Source: Octopus vulgaris | Taxonomy: Eukaryota | Length of the DNA: 64,000 nucleotides | Direction: 5' to 3' | Assembly: GCA_951406725.2 (NCBI GenBank) | Contig: OX597828.1 | Span: 75,144,001-75,208,000, forward strand | Shown here: positions 25,519 through 38,742 of the stretch, in pieces | Layout: each line of letters opens with the position of its first letter | Position numbering within the stretch: position 1 is the first letter of the stretch | Program-made: the position numbers and the translations under genes | The notes under the pieces: generated by a model | Told to the model about the DNA's origin: nothing | The model's input: the letters and a program-made list of their open reading frames with translations, nothing else | Databases searched by the model: none

Positions 25519-25735
25519 AGGCGACGAGCTGGCAAAATCGTTAAATGCCGGATAAAATGCTTAGCGGCATTTCGTCCGTGTTTACATTCTGAGTTAAAAT
25601 AGCACCGAGGTCGACTTTGCCTTTCATCCTTTCAAGGTCGATAGAATAAGTACCAGTTGGTCACTGGGGTCGATGTAAAACCGACTTACCCACTCTCCCG
25701 AAATTGCTGGCCTTGTATCAAAACTTGGAAGCGAT
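25519..25735 (+). mobile_element. SINE family A monomer
   Basis: aggcgacgagctggcaaaa head and gaggtcgactttgcctttcatcctttc core. Confidence 0.9.
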
Positions 25736-26157
25736 ATTAACCTTTACAGCATCAAGATCTAATAGATACCAGCTTTGTACTGGGGTCAGTTTAGTCATGT
25801 AGTCTCTACTGCCCACTCTGCGATCTTTTTAGTCTTGTACAAGAGTAATGTTAACAGTTAAATCTTAGCGATTAAAACTTGAGATTAATTCTAATTTTGA
25901 TCTGTAGTTAGTTGGAGGCATCTGAGTGGATTTGATCGTACATTGAAAGATGAGCAATGAAGTGATCTGTGGATGAAAGATTTGGTCGTCGAAGTGTTTG
26001 GAAGGTTTTGTTGGAAAATAATGGGTGAGGAGGTTGATGATGGGGAATAAGATGGGAAAATGTTGTAAAAGACAAAGGAAGCAAAGCGAGAAAGAAAACA
26101 ACGGAAGAGGGAGGACATTAGCGAAATAAATGCTGGACGAAGGGAAAATATAGAAAG

Positions 26158-26211
<54 letters not shown>

Positions 26212-27169
26212 CTGAAAAGAAAAGGCAGGGGGACCGAGATAGAAGAACAATAACAATAAAATAATAGACAGAAGACATAAGAAAATTCAGAAAAACACAC
26301 AGACTGGAGAAGGACATAAATACAGTGGATAACAGAGAAGGTTCGAGAGAAGGACAGAATATAAAGCGGTAGAAAATAGAAAATAGGACACAAGATACAA
26401 CAGCTTAAAAAAGAAGCAGAAATTAGAGTTTAGAAGTGAACAAGCGAAGACATGAGAAGACAGAACATGTGAAATAGAGAAGAGGAAAAAAAATAACCCA
26501 AAAAAACAAAAGACAAAACAAAATGAGAAAGATAATTCAGGGGAGTTGAAAACAGACGGTTGCCTATCATGCAAAGGGGAGATAATTTACCACTACTCAT
26601 AAAACGATAATGTTTTCCTGAAGTGTAAGAACTGCCTTTTGGTTGCAATAAAAATAGTGAGACACTGGTGCTCACTGACCGATATAGATATTGTAAATCG
26701 ACCAGAGTTTAACCCAGTTAAACGGATCGATCGCGACGAGCATGAAAGGCTCTTTCAGTAGTTTCGGTCTGTCAATTTCATTCACCAGATTTTGGTCAAC
26801 CAGAGGCGATAGTATACACAAATTATATACACAAGACACCATGCAATGGATCGATCTCATAACCTGCAGGTTGAGAAACGAACTTATTAGCCACACAGCT
26901 ATTTGTGGTAAATTTTCAGAAATTTTTTTTTTCTCCAATATTTGACAATCTGAAAATAACAATGAAAATGCTTTTGCAGGAGGCACCATTTTTGGGAAAT
27001 GGTAATGTCACATGGTCGGCCTCAGCATGTGACTGGTATTGTAGAATATCAACCTAAGGAGGATGAAAGACAAAGGTTTGAATTTCAGAATGTAAAGGAA
27101 CGTAACAAAATACCGCGACGTGTTTTGCTTGAAAAACCTACCGATTGTCGTTGCAATAGTAATAATAAT

Positions 27170-27387
27170 GGTTTCAAATTTTGGCACAGGGACAGCAGTT
27201 TTTGAGGTGGTGGGGAGGAAGTCAATTACATTGACCCCAGGGCTCAACAGTTACTGATTTTACAGACTCCAAAAGGATGAAAGGCAAAGTGGACCTTGAC
27301 GAAATTTGAAATCAGAACGTAAAGACCGAAGGAATACCATTAAGTATTTTGTCCGGTGTGCTAACGATTCTACTAGCTCACTGGCTC
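27170..27387 (-). mobile_element. SINE family A monomer
   Basis: aaggatgaaaggcaaagt core; AAT repeats on both sides. Confidence 0.8.
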
Positions 27388-27433
27388 AATAATAATAATA
27401 ACAACAACAACAACAACAACAATAATAATAATA

Positions 27434-28767
27434 AAAAGAGAGCTCAATGCTAAAAACAAGATAATAGGTATTAACACTTTAGCCGTCCCAGTTATAAGTT
27501 ACAGCTACAATACCCTTAACTGGACGCTAAATGAACTAACCAAAATAGATAGGAAAACAAGAAAAATAATGACAGGATCTAGGATGCATCACCCAAAATC
27601 TGACATAGAAAGGCTATATATACAACGTATAGAAGGTGGTAGAGGCCTTATAAAACTGGAAAACTACTATAAAATAACCACCACAGGACTGCAAAAACAC
27701 CTCCTTCAGAAGCAAGGAAAACTGATACAAATAGCGGCAAAACACGAGCAAAACAAAAAACTGTTCTCAGTATTTAAGGAAGCTGAAAAATGCAAACAAG
27801 AAATCATACCACCTAACAAATATGAAGAAAAAGAAGAAGATGAAGAAACAACAAAAGCTATAAAGCAAATGAAATCAAAACTAAAACTAGAACAGCAACG
27901 GACCATGATAAAACGATGGCAAGAAAAGCCCCTTCATGGCAAGTACTGGACTAAATTAAATGCAAAAGAAACAGACAAAGAAAAATCCCAGCAATGGTTG
28001 AGAAGCTCAGGACTCAAAGCAGAAACAGGGATTTTTAATTGCAGCACAAGACCAAAACCTCTCCACCAGAAATTACCAAAAACATGTAATGAAAAGAAAT
28101 ATAACAAGTAACTGCAGAATATGTGGAGATGGACAAGAAACAATAAATCATATTATCTCTGGCTGCCCAGTCCTGGCTAAGAAGGAAAATATTCACAGAC
28201 ACGACAGAGTTGGGACCTACATACACTGGAAGCTATGCCAACATCATGGAATAACAACAGTAAAAAAGATGGTATAGGCACACACCAGAAAAGGTCACAG
28301 AAAACGAGAAAGCAACCATACTCTGGGATATGCCGATACACACAGATAGAGACATTAAAGCCAACAGACCAGATGTAGTTGTCAGAGATCATGAAAAAAA
28401 AATGCTTTCTAATTGATGTATCAATACCGGCAGATGACAACGTGTCTCTAAAAGAAATAGAGAAACTTTCAAAATACAAAGACTTGGAAATAGAGGTAAC
28501 TAGAATGTGGAATCTAAACACAGAAACTATTCTTATCATAGTAGCATGATAAAAAATATTCAGACAAATACATAACAAAAACACCAGGACTTACAAACAC
28601 ATATAACATACAGAAAATTGCACTACTAGGCACTGCACACATCCTACGCAGAACACTTTCAATACAGTAACCATCAGAGCATCACAACAAATCACAGCAC
28701 ATACCCAAGGCACACAGAGCTGCGCTCGGTAGTGAAGTGAAAGCACGCTATAAAAATAAAACTACTG
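27434..28767 (+). mobile_element. 5'-truncated R4/Dong-type non-LTR retrotransposon (post-RT region, CCHC finger, restriction-like endonuclease), frameshifted
   Basis: ELNAKNKIIGINTLAVPV...HHPKSDIERLY...GGRGL; CRIC...ETINHIISGC...RHDRV; NRPDVV...IDVSIP...KYKDL; stop at 28668-28670; about 100 bp 3' UTR; (AAT)n on both flanks. Confidence 0.92.
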
Positions 28768-28785
28768 AATAATAATAATAATAAT

Positions 28786-28827
<42 letters not shown>

Positions 28828-29043
28828 TCTTTCTACTGAAGGCACAAGGCCTGAAATTGTTTTGGGGAGGGGACTAATCGATTGCATCGACTCCAATACT
28901 CAACTGGTACTTAATTTATCGACGCCAAAAGAATGAAAAGCAAAATCGACCTCGGCGGAATTTGAACTCAGAACGGAGCGGCAGACGAAATACCACTAAT
29001 CACTTCGCCCGACCTGTTAACGATTGTGTCAGCTCGCTGCCTT
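28828..29043 (-). mobile_element. SINE family A monomer in (AAT)n
   Basis: Full-length copy with AAT repeats on both sides. Confidence 0.9.
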
Positions 29044-29091
29044 AATAATAATAATAATAGTAATAGTTATAATAATAATAATAATAATAGT

Positions 29092-29144
<53 letters not shown>

Positions 29145-29146
<2 letters not shown>

Positions 29147-29698
29147 GCCCTTATGCAGTATCAGACAGTGGCTCTAATGGCTTCTTAACTGATTGGAAGT
29201 GTTATCATGTACATTGTTTTGTCTTGGTATAAATGACGGGCTACAGCTAATATTCTGCTCAATACCACAGATTTGCTTGTCACTTGTTTGACCATAACCA
29301 GCTGAGCATGTCCCTTTGTGGCTGACGATATGTGCATCTCTGATCACGAGCAGAAGTAGTTGGGGAGCATCATAGCCATGTGTTGAGAGGAATTTTGGAG
29401 TGTTTGAATAATTCACTTCTGGAAACATGGGTGTTTCGTTCAACATCCTCAAACAAACCCTTATTTAGGGACCTTTTGAGCGGGTTGGGCTACGAAAAAC
29501 TGAAGAAAATTCTAACTGGACCCCCACCTGCAAGGTCATGTGTTGTTTTATCCTGATATGAAATTACCATGTCGCGACATATGGTTGTGATGCATGTGCC
29601 TGGTGTACCCTTATCAGACGGGTAGTCAGGATGGGTATACTGAGCTTCGTATATTTTACCCCAGTGTCACTTTGATGGTATGCACTGCTTTCTCACTC
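29145..29698. mobile_element. Unclassified element of about 555 bp flanked by (AAT)n
   Basis: Complex, higher-GC sequence with sharp borders to long (AAT)n on both sides; no credible ORF. Confidence 0.55.
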
Positions 29699-29747
<49 letters not shown>

Positions 29748-29750
<3 letters not shown>

Positions 29751-30333
29751 TGTATTATAAGCACAAGACCTGAAACTTTTGGGAAATGACCAGTCGATTA
29801 TATCGACCCCATTGCGTAACTGGTACTTAATTTATCGACTTCGAAAGGAAGAAAGGCAAAGTCGACCTCGGCGGAATTTGAGCTCAGAACGTAGCGGCGG
29901 ACGAAATACCTATTTCTTTACAACCCACAAGGGGCTAAACACAGAGAGGACAAACAAGGACAGACAAACGGATTAAGTCGATTACATCGACCCAAGTGCG
30001 TAACTGGTACTTATTTAATCGACCCCGAAGGGATGAAAGGCAAAGACGACCTCGGCGGAATTTGAACTCAGAACGTAACGGCAGACGAAATACCGTTAAG
30101 CATTTCGTCCGGCGTGCTCACGATTCTGGCGGCCCAAGAGCATCAATTTTGACGGGAAGAGATTAATCGATGCCACTGATCCCAGAACTTGACTGCTACT
30201 TTATTTTATCAAACCTGAAGGGAAGTGAGGCAAAGTTGATCTCGGCGGGATTAACTCAGAATGTAGAGTGCCAGAATAAATACCACAAGGCATCTATCTT
30301 TCTGACACTAACGATTTTGTCAATCCATCGCCT
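29748..30333 (-). mobile_element. SINE family A dimer plus an older monomer
   Basis: Three gacctcggcgg cores at about 29864, 30048 and 30238. Confidence 0.88.
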
Positions 30334-30391
30334 TAAATAATGGTTAAGGCTATCATCACTATCCCCTTCATCAAACATTATAGTCGCAGGG

Positions 30392-30429
<38 letters not shown>

Positions 30430-31196
30430 AAAAGAAACAACGTTTTCTTTCTTTCAGAGAAATATTTTGTTTTTCCCTTTCAGAAATCAATTTACATATA
30501 ATTTCCATATATGGAGATACTCAAAATATATGTAAATTGCTTCAATCCCCATGGTAGGTGCTTGCAAGAAACCTACCCTTCCCCCCCCACATATATGAGT
30601 GGGTGTGCGTGTGAGCGCGCACGTGCGTATACACACATGTAGGGGACACACAATTTTACATACATTTCCTTATATATACATGCAAGGCATACACACACAC
30701 ACACACACACACATACGTGAGTACACAAACTTTATGACATACATATATTCATGTATAATATGCATACGCACATAAATACATATATATACCAATTTAAATT
30801 CGATGCGATTAGTGGAAGTCTCCATGCATATATCATATGTATGTATGTATGTTATAATGTATAAAATATATATTGTATATATAACATGTCCTTGTACTTT
30901 TCTTGATTTAGTCGTTGTTGTTGCTGTTGTTGTTGTTGTACATCTTCAATAATATTCTGTGGTTGATAAAATAATTCCCCCAATAGAATGTCTTAATTTA
31001 ATCAAGTCTTTTCTTCGTTTTTACTCCCCACCCACTCCACCAAATAAGTGCGCTTCTTTCCATGTACTACTGCTGCTGCTACTACTACTGCTACAACTGG
31101 TGAAATAAATTTATGGTTTGAGAAATGCACTGAGAGTTTTCCTCCCTGAAACAAGTATGAGAAACATTGAAGAAGAACCGTTCGAAGGATTGACAG

Positions 31197-31465
31197 ATGT
31201 TAACGATGTTCAGGGTTTAATGAGGTGATCATAATTACGATGTAAAGATGATGTTCATAATTTAACAAGGTGCTTACAGTGAACATTTATGTTCATGGTT
31301 TAATAAGGTGATCATAGTTAAAGTTGTTCATGTTTTAACGAGACGATCACAGTTATTAAGGCTGTTCATGGTTTAACAAAGTGATCGTGGTTAACACGGA
31401 TGCTCATGGTTTAACAAGGTGATCGTGGTTAACGAGGTCGTTCGTGGTTCATGGCAATGTTCAAC
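31197..31465. repeat. Degenerate minisatellite of about 36-40 bp
   Basis: gttcatggtttaacaaggtgatc unit repeated about 6-7 times. Confidence 0.85.
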
Positions 31466-31881
31466 GAAGAATCTAGATCGGTGCATTGACGCTTATCAAA
31501 GATTTTCAAGATTTATAAGAATGCTGAAGAAAATTTGGACATACTTGCACGCACGCACACACACACATAAACCTGACCATAAACACACACACATTTGAAA
31601 TCAATGAAATTAGTGAAGGTCTCTCTCTCTCTACTTATATATATTTGTTTATCTCTCACAGTTATACGTATAAACATTTCCGATGAAAACAATTACACTG
31701 AATCGTCGAGTGTGGATTGAACCTGCCATCTTCATGACGAGGTTTGACTGAGCTTTTAAAATTGGATACCAAGAGTACCTCAACTAATACAGTAAGGACT
31801 GAGCTACTCAGAGAATACTGTTTCAATATGGAAACAAAACTCGCAAAGAAGTAACCATTTAATGAGTATATAATGAGTATA

Positions 31882-32410
31882 CAGTAATCAGTCGCCATGT
31901 TGCGGTTCACCTATCACGCCCTCACCACATCGCAGATTTTTCTGTCTAATATATGTAAATTTATATCAGCGACTCCTTAGTGTATCGAAGGTTTCTGCAG
32001 CCGATTGGTATTTATATTTTTTTTTAGATTTTAATTATTTCTGTGGTAAAATAAACATTTTTCACGCCTAAAAATTAATAAATTAATAAATGAAAATTCA
32101 GTACAGTACTGAATTCAAATATATTAAAAGAAAATACGTAATGTACCGTAGATGAATAAACAAAGAACCGCACATACTGAATGGAAAACGAAACTCGGGA
32201 GGCAAGAAAAGAGAAGACACGGGTACTCCCGAGGGTGAGGGGAAAATTTATAAAAGCTTAAATATATATAAAAAAAATAAAGTAAATATATACAAATTAT
32301 AAAAATGATAACAAAAAATATGCAGTACAGTACGGTTTCTATTTCGCGGATTTTCACATATCGCGGTGGGGTTTTGGAATATAACACCCGCGATAGTCGA
32401 GGGATTACTG
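31882..32410. mobile_element. pogo/Tigger-type MITE
   Basis: TA-cagtaatc...gattactg-TA; subterminal cgcg-rich hairpins typical of Tigger ends. Confidence 0.8.
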
Positions 32411-33312
32411 TATAAACATTGATCTGTAGACTAGCGGATTGTGAAACGAATACATGAACACTGGTGTATAAATATTAGAATGTATACGAGTGCAAAATAA
32501 AATGAGTATATAACATTTGGCATATATAATATTGTGGAATATATATATATATATATACATATATATATACACACACACTGGTATATAAAAATGGGTATAC
32601 AAATATTGCCATATATATTTGTGCAATGTAGAAGGAATGTGTAAATATTGGTATATATAAACGTATACATATATACGTTTATATATACATATATCGGCAT
32701 GTATATAAGTGTAATGTGTAATGTGAGATCTTTGGTGCCGTTGCTAGCACGCTTCCTTCACCAGCAAGATGTGTTACGTGAATCCGAGTGTTACTCACCA
32801 TTCTAAATCTCTTTATCTGCGTGTATATAGAAGGAAATTTTGTGAATGAATTTGTTATTTGCCAATAATTCCGTGTTAGCAGCAATAGGTATATGAAATA
32901 TTTCAATGAGCATTAAGTAATATATTTAATTTTACATGTCTCAAATGAACAAGTTGACTAAAATGGATTGTAATTCTTGTGGGAATGTTACCTACAATGG
33001 ACTGAAGTCCTATAAAGACTTTGACAACGTCTCTTCTGAATATTAGCTTATGTATTAGTGAAAGAGCGCCAGCAGGATTTCTATAGCTCCGTATTCTAAA
33101 GATATGTTTGATGTGGCATTCAATTGCAGCAAATAATTAAATAGTGTAGCAAAGTGTTGAGGCTTCACTGAATTTAGTATTTCTCTCTCTCTCTCTCTCT
33201 CCCTCTTTTGGTGCAACTCTTTAAACATCCTGATATTTGGAAGCAAAGTCAAAGACAGAAACAACTAGAAAGTTGGATCTCTCCATATATTCTATTCCAA
33301 TACTTCGATGAA

Positions 33313-33315
<3 letters not shown>

Positions 33316-33380
<65 letters not shown>

Positions 33381-33471
33381 ACGTATATATATATGTATGT
33401 ATATATATATATATGTATATATATACGTATATATATATGTATGTATATATATATATATGTATATATATACG

Positions 33472-33511
<40 letters not shown>

Positions 33512-33570
33512 CGTATATATATATATGTATATATATATATGTATATATATATAATATATATATATATATG

Positions 33571-33649
<79 letters not shown>

Positions 33650-33690
33650 GTATACGTACGTACACACATATGTGTGTGTGTGTGTGTGCG
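33316..33690. repeat. Long interrupted (TA)n microsatellite
   Basis: Directly visible, about 350 bp. Confidence 0.95.
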
Positions 33691-34412
33691 TGTAGTATGT
33701 GTGTATACTCATTCATACACCACTCATGGTGTTACGTGTCTCTGACAGTGTTGTATCTTGCTCCATCTAATTTCACTCTCCCCTCATCTTTTCTGCTGCT
33801 GCTACTCCTCCTCCTCCTCCTCCTCACTACCACCACCACCACAGTATTATCATCATCATCACCATCAGCATCATCCACATCATCTTTACAATTACCATCA
33901 TCATCGCCATCATCAACATCAATGCCATTTTAGGAAATGGTTAATGGCTTCTTGTTGTTTACAATTGCTGAGAAGATTTGACTGTAGAATCGGTAAAGAA
34001 GGCAAAGAAAATAGTTTGCAGAATTTCTTTGAGTCATTCATTTAAAGTTCTGAAGTGGAATCTCTGTGGGTTGGACTTAGTCATTGATATAATTTTGTGT
34101 TCGATTACACATTTGAGACCAAATATTATCGATTATACCCCACTCTTTTACCTGCAAACATTTGGAACCACCATTAGCTTCACCAACGTCGAGGCGACTA
34201 AATACAGCAAAGAGATAATATGTTAGTCAGGGCTTCGAATCCTAGCAGGGTTCATTATATTGTCCTTTTACACACACATGTATAACAAGTTACATAACGA
34301 ACACACACACACATATATAAAGAAATAATTAAGATTCAGTTGAATTAGATACTTAAGTTGAAGCACCAAGTCAGAACGGTATTATCCGCTCAGCTCGAAG
34401 TAAGGTGAATAA

Positions 34413-34519
34413 AATCAAAATAAGCCACAGGATATCAAGTAGTGATACAGTACGATCGTTTCAACCCTTGAAATGGTCGTACGGCATCACTATTTGATAT
34501 CCTGTTGGTTATTTTGATT
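34413..34519. repeat. Fold-back with arms of about 52 bp and a 3 nt loop
   Basis: aatcaaaataagccacaggatatcaagtagtgatacagtacgatcgtttcaa-ccc-ttgaaatggtcgtacggcatcactatttgatatcctgttggttattttgatt. Confidence 0.9.
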
Positions 34520-34690
34520 ATATATATATAAAATTAATAATATGAGGGTAAAATTAATTGATCAAATTAATTAATCAATCAATTAATTAATAATTTTACC
34601 AAGTAGATCGATACTTTACAATAACCTTTATAGGTAAAATTGTACAAATATTCTATAATTATAAACAAAATTATAATTAGCTATTATATC

Positions 34691-34729
<39 letters not shown>

Positions 34730-34766
34730 AAAAAAGGAGATGTCGAACAAGAGTGGTGATATATAA

Positions 34767-34957
34767 AAAAGGAAATGAAGAAAATGCTGACAAATAATTG
34801 AAGTAATTTAAGTAATTTAATTAGGTGAAAGTTCTTTTTACCGGTTGCGCATTTGTTATGCTTATAAGCATAACAAATGCGCAACCGGTAAAAAGAACTT
34901 TCACCTAATTAAATTACTTAAATTACTTCAATTATTTGTCAGCATTTTCTTCATTTC

Positions 34958-34962
<5 letters not shown>
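34767..34962. repeat. Perfect 196 bp palindrome (98 bp arms, no spacer)
   Basis: Centre ctta|taag at 34864/34865; the ORF track gives identical N-terminal peptides on both strands. Confidence 0.95.
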
Positions 34963-35005
<43 letters not shown>

Positions 35006-35936
35006 CATACACACATATTCAGAAAGCCAAAATCAAAAGACCGCATTTTGACAAAGTCGCTACACTAAACAAAAATGGAAAAAAAAAGAAGAAAAATACA
35101 TAATTTCCTCTCGACAGACACACAGACAGACTCACTGGCTTGCTGGCTAGTTGGCTGGATGGCTGTCACCGAGGCAGGCAACGGTATTCCATTGACAAAT
35201 CTTATCGTTGATTGTGTATTTATTTATTCAATCGTCGACACATTCGTTCCTTCAATAAATTTATCTTTTTATATTTATTTATATATTTTCAAGGACCTTC
35301 TCGAATAAAACCCCTGAAATATCTTCCTCAGTCATGTATGAAATATTTCCATTCGTTTATCCTAATTTATGATCCTCTCCCGTCCTTGCATGTTACGTAT
35401 ATATATATCTATCTCTCTCTCTCTATATATATATATATATCATTTGTTGCTCGATGCCTTCTCGACTCTGTTCAATAGTTTAGTCGCCATTTTCTGCCTT
35501 TCACAGTTGAATCACTGATGGAAAGCATTGATGCCATTGTTGGACGACAGCAGCAACAACGAAGACGGCAGGAACTAAACTGATTGATAAACCAGGATGG
35601 CTTAATTGCATATGTATGTATGTATGCACGATCGTATGTATGCAATCATGCATGCATATAATGTATGCATACCGTATGTATGTGCACACACACACACATA
35701 TATATATGTAAGTACATACGAATGCTTGTATGTGTGTGTGTGTACGCATGCATGCGTATGAGTATGTATGTGTTTATGTATGGTTGGATGGAGCAGCGGA
35801 TGGCTGACTGGATCTATGTGATTTGAATGTATGCGTGTGTATCTACGCATCTTGGTATGTACGTATGTTTATGTGTGTGTATAATATGTGACATGTGACG
35901 TATATGATGCATGCGCATGTATGTATGTATGGTTGC

Positions 35937-35972
<36 letters not shown>

Positions 35973-36048
35973 TCATATATTATGTATATGTGCATGTATG
36001 TATGTAAATTCTTATGTACGTAAGTACGAACAGAAATATGAATGTTGG

Positions 36049-36085
<37 letters not shown>

Positions 36086-36775
36086 GTATATATATATAAA
36101 AGCATGAATGCATGTACGAATGTATTCACATAGATATATATGTACGTTGGTATGTATTTATACGAATACATACATGAATATGAATAAGTACCTATGTACA
36201 CATACACACACACATAACACACACACACACACTCACTCACTACTGTAAGCTATCAGTTGAAATAAATCGCATTCAATAATCTTATTCAATATTCTTTAAA
36301 ACAACAACAAAGACAAAATGATGTAAAAAAATATATAATGAAAAAAAAGCGAAACAACAACAATAAACAAACCAAGAACTGTATACCAAAGTCACTTTGA
36401 TGTTGACGCCAGACAAAGAATTGCAAACAAAGGCCATTTTGTTGCTGTACAACATATTTTTACCATAGAATGCACACCACTGTGAGTTGGCTGGAGGTGT
36501 GCGTATGTATATGTATATGTATACACACACACACACTTATATAATACATATGTATATACGTATATGTCCATGTATGTGTTGAATATACATTTGACAAAGC
36601 GTTCGATGTTTCTCCAGTGTAGCTTCGACGCTGCAATTTATATTGTGAGCAATTTCGTTTCTGTAACATGCATTCTGAATATATTATCTCTCAGTGATAC
36701 ACTTCATGATATTGATGCATGTGGTTGTGATGGGAGGGATACTCCGTTTTGAATATTCCTCTTTGGTCAAGGAGA

Positions 36776-36835
<60 letters not shown>

Positions 36836-37209
36836 CTTATGGGGGTAGGTTTCATAGAATTTTGCATTATCGCTTCGTCTCACATCACATGATATCGCAT
36901 AACAACATCCTAACGCAGGAGCCTCTACACGGTTGCTTGACCAGCTAGAAATGTCAAGCACATCTCCCATATCAAACCCATATACAACCGTCTTAGAGAA
37001 GGACACATGCGATAATGCGGTCACAGATTTCCAGCACACTGAACAAAAAAGAAAAAAAAAAACAGGAGGGTCACGATTGGAATGCCTTTGAACATATATC
37101 TGCTCATCGGGGCTTATCTGGAACTAAAAATGATCTCACCACACGACAACATATCTTCACACAGCACACCGCATAACAAACATTAGGCACCACACCTCAC
37201 CATACAATG

Positions 37210-37420
37210 AAGGCGTATGGCTTAGTGGTTAGGGCGTTGGACTCATGATCGTAAGATTGTAGTTTCGCTTCCTGGACCGGGCGATTCGTTGTGTTTTCGA
37301 GCAAAACATTTCATTTCATGTCCACTCAGCCGGTAAAGAAAAGTAGTCCTGCGATGGATCGGTGTCCTGCCCAATAAGGGCAATATACACGTTAGGGAAA
37401 CTGGTTAACCGACCTATGCT
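37210..37420 (+). mobile_element. tRNA-derived SINE with V-domain-like segment
   Basis: A box tggcttagtgg, decayed B box, cctgcgatggatcggtgtcctgccc. Confidence 0.7.
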
Positions 37421-38182
37421 CTTTACGATTAATGTGGACTAACCCATACCATTGTTGAAACCCCCTCCTCCTAATTAGAATGCTACCTAGAAGACCCTAC
37501 CAAACTTAAGAAACTCTTCAGCACCAATGGTGTTGATAAGGTGAGAGATATTTAGACATACGAACTGTGGGATAAGGTACTAGTCTACCGGAGTGACGGA
37601 TGAAGTCGAATAGAGTTATGATTTGCACTGAACAAGGATTACAGCAACAAGAAGAACAATAGCGATTGAATTGCTTGCTAGAAACAGCAGCCAAAGTTGC
37701 TTCACGCCACAATCCTACAGCAAAAAAAAAAAAAAAATTAATGAGTAGCCATGTTAGGAATGTTTTCGAAGAGGAATTATGTTCGGAAATAAGAGGGTTT
37801 TACATCATGTTTAAAGTGTCTGCGATCATTGGTCTGCTGGACCAAGACAGACATGAGGCGAAACAACAACAACAACACCACCACCACCACCACTGCCACC
37901 ACCACCACCACCACTGCCACCACCACCAACAACAACAACAGTTCAAACAATTAAAACAACCGAAGCAATTGAATCTTCCAGTGGCTTTCAGCGGATTGCT
38001 GCTTGTACATGGAGCTAAATGGATCAAAATCCTTCATACATACATATTGATATACATATATATTTATATCCGTGCAAAACATCTATATATGTTTATATAC
38101 ATGTATACATATATATAGATATATAAATCCATGCATATATATATTCTTATGTATGTATATTTATATATATATTCACACACAT

Positions 38183-38231
<49 letters not shown>

Positions 38232-38247
38232 CCATATATATGTACGT

Positions 38248-38301
<54 letters not shown>

Positions 38302-38681
38302 CTCTATATTTGATATCCAGTTACAATATCCTTTCTATACACGAGTCCAATAATGTAATACCGTAACATTAAACCTGACGTATTTTCAATACAGCTTTCG
38401 TACTTTATCGAACACCAATCCAACAGCCATGGGTATCATGTCAGAAGGTTTTAGTTTGTCAATAGTATTAGGATCCAATCAGAAATCAATCGATAGGTAT
38501 GACTAAAAGTAATCTACACACACACACACATGCGTAAATGTGAGTATGTGTGTGTGTGTGTTCTCAGAAAATATCCGTTGTATGTTCTTGACAATTAGTG
38601 ATATATATCCGGTGAATAATCTATTTTAATACAATATATTCTTTGAAGACTTACACTAAGCTCGCATTTCCACAAAAAGGA

Positions 38682-38742
<61 letters not shown>

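Noticed and set aside
27569-28111. 180 aa ORF as a host gene
   Set aside because: Part of a frameshifted, 5'-truncated LINE
33208-33933. 241 aa ORF and the many other IY/CV/HT-rich ORFs
   Set aside because: Stop-free frames of (TA)n and (CA)n microsatellites
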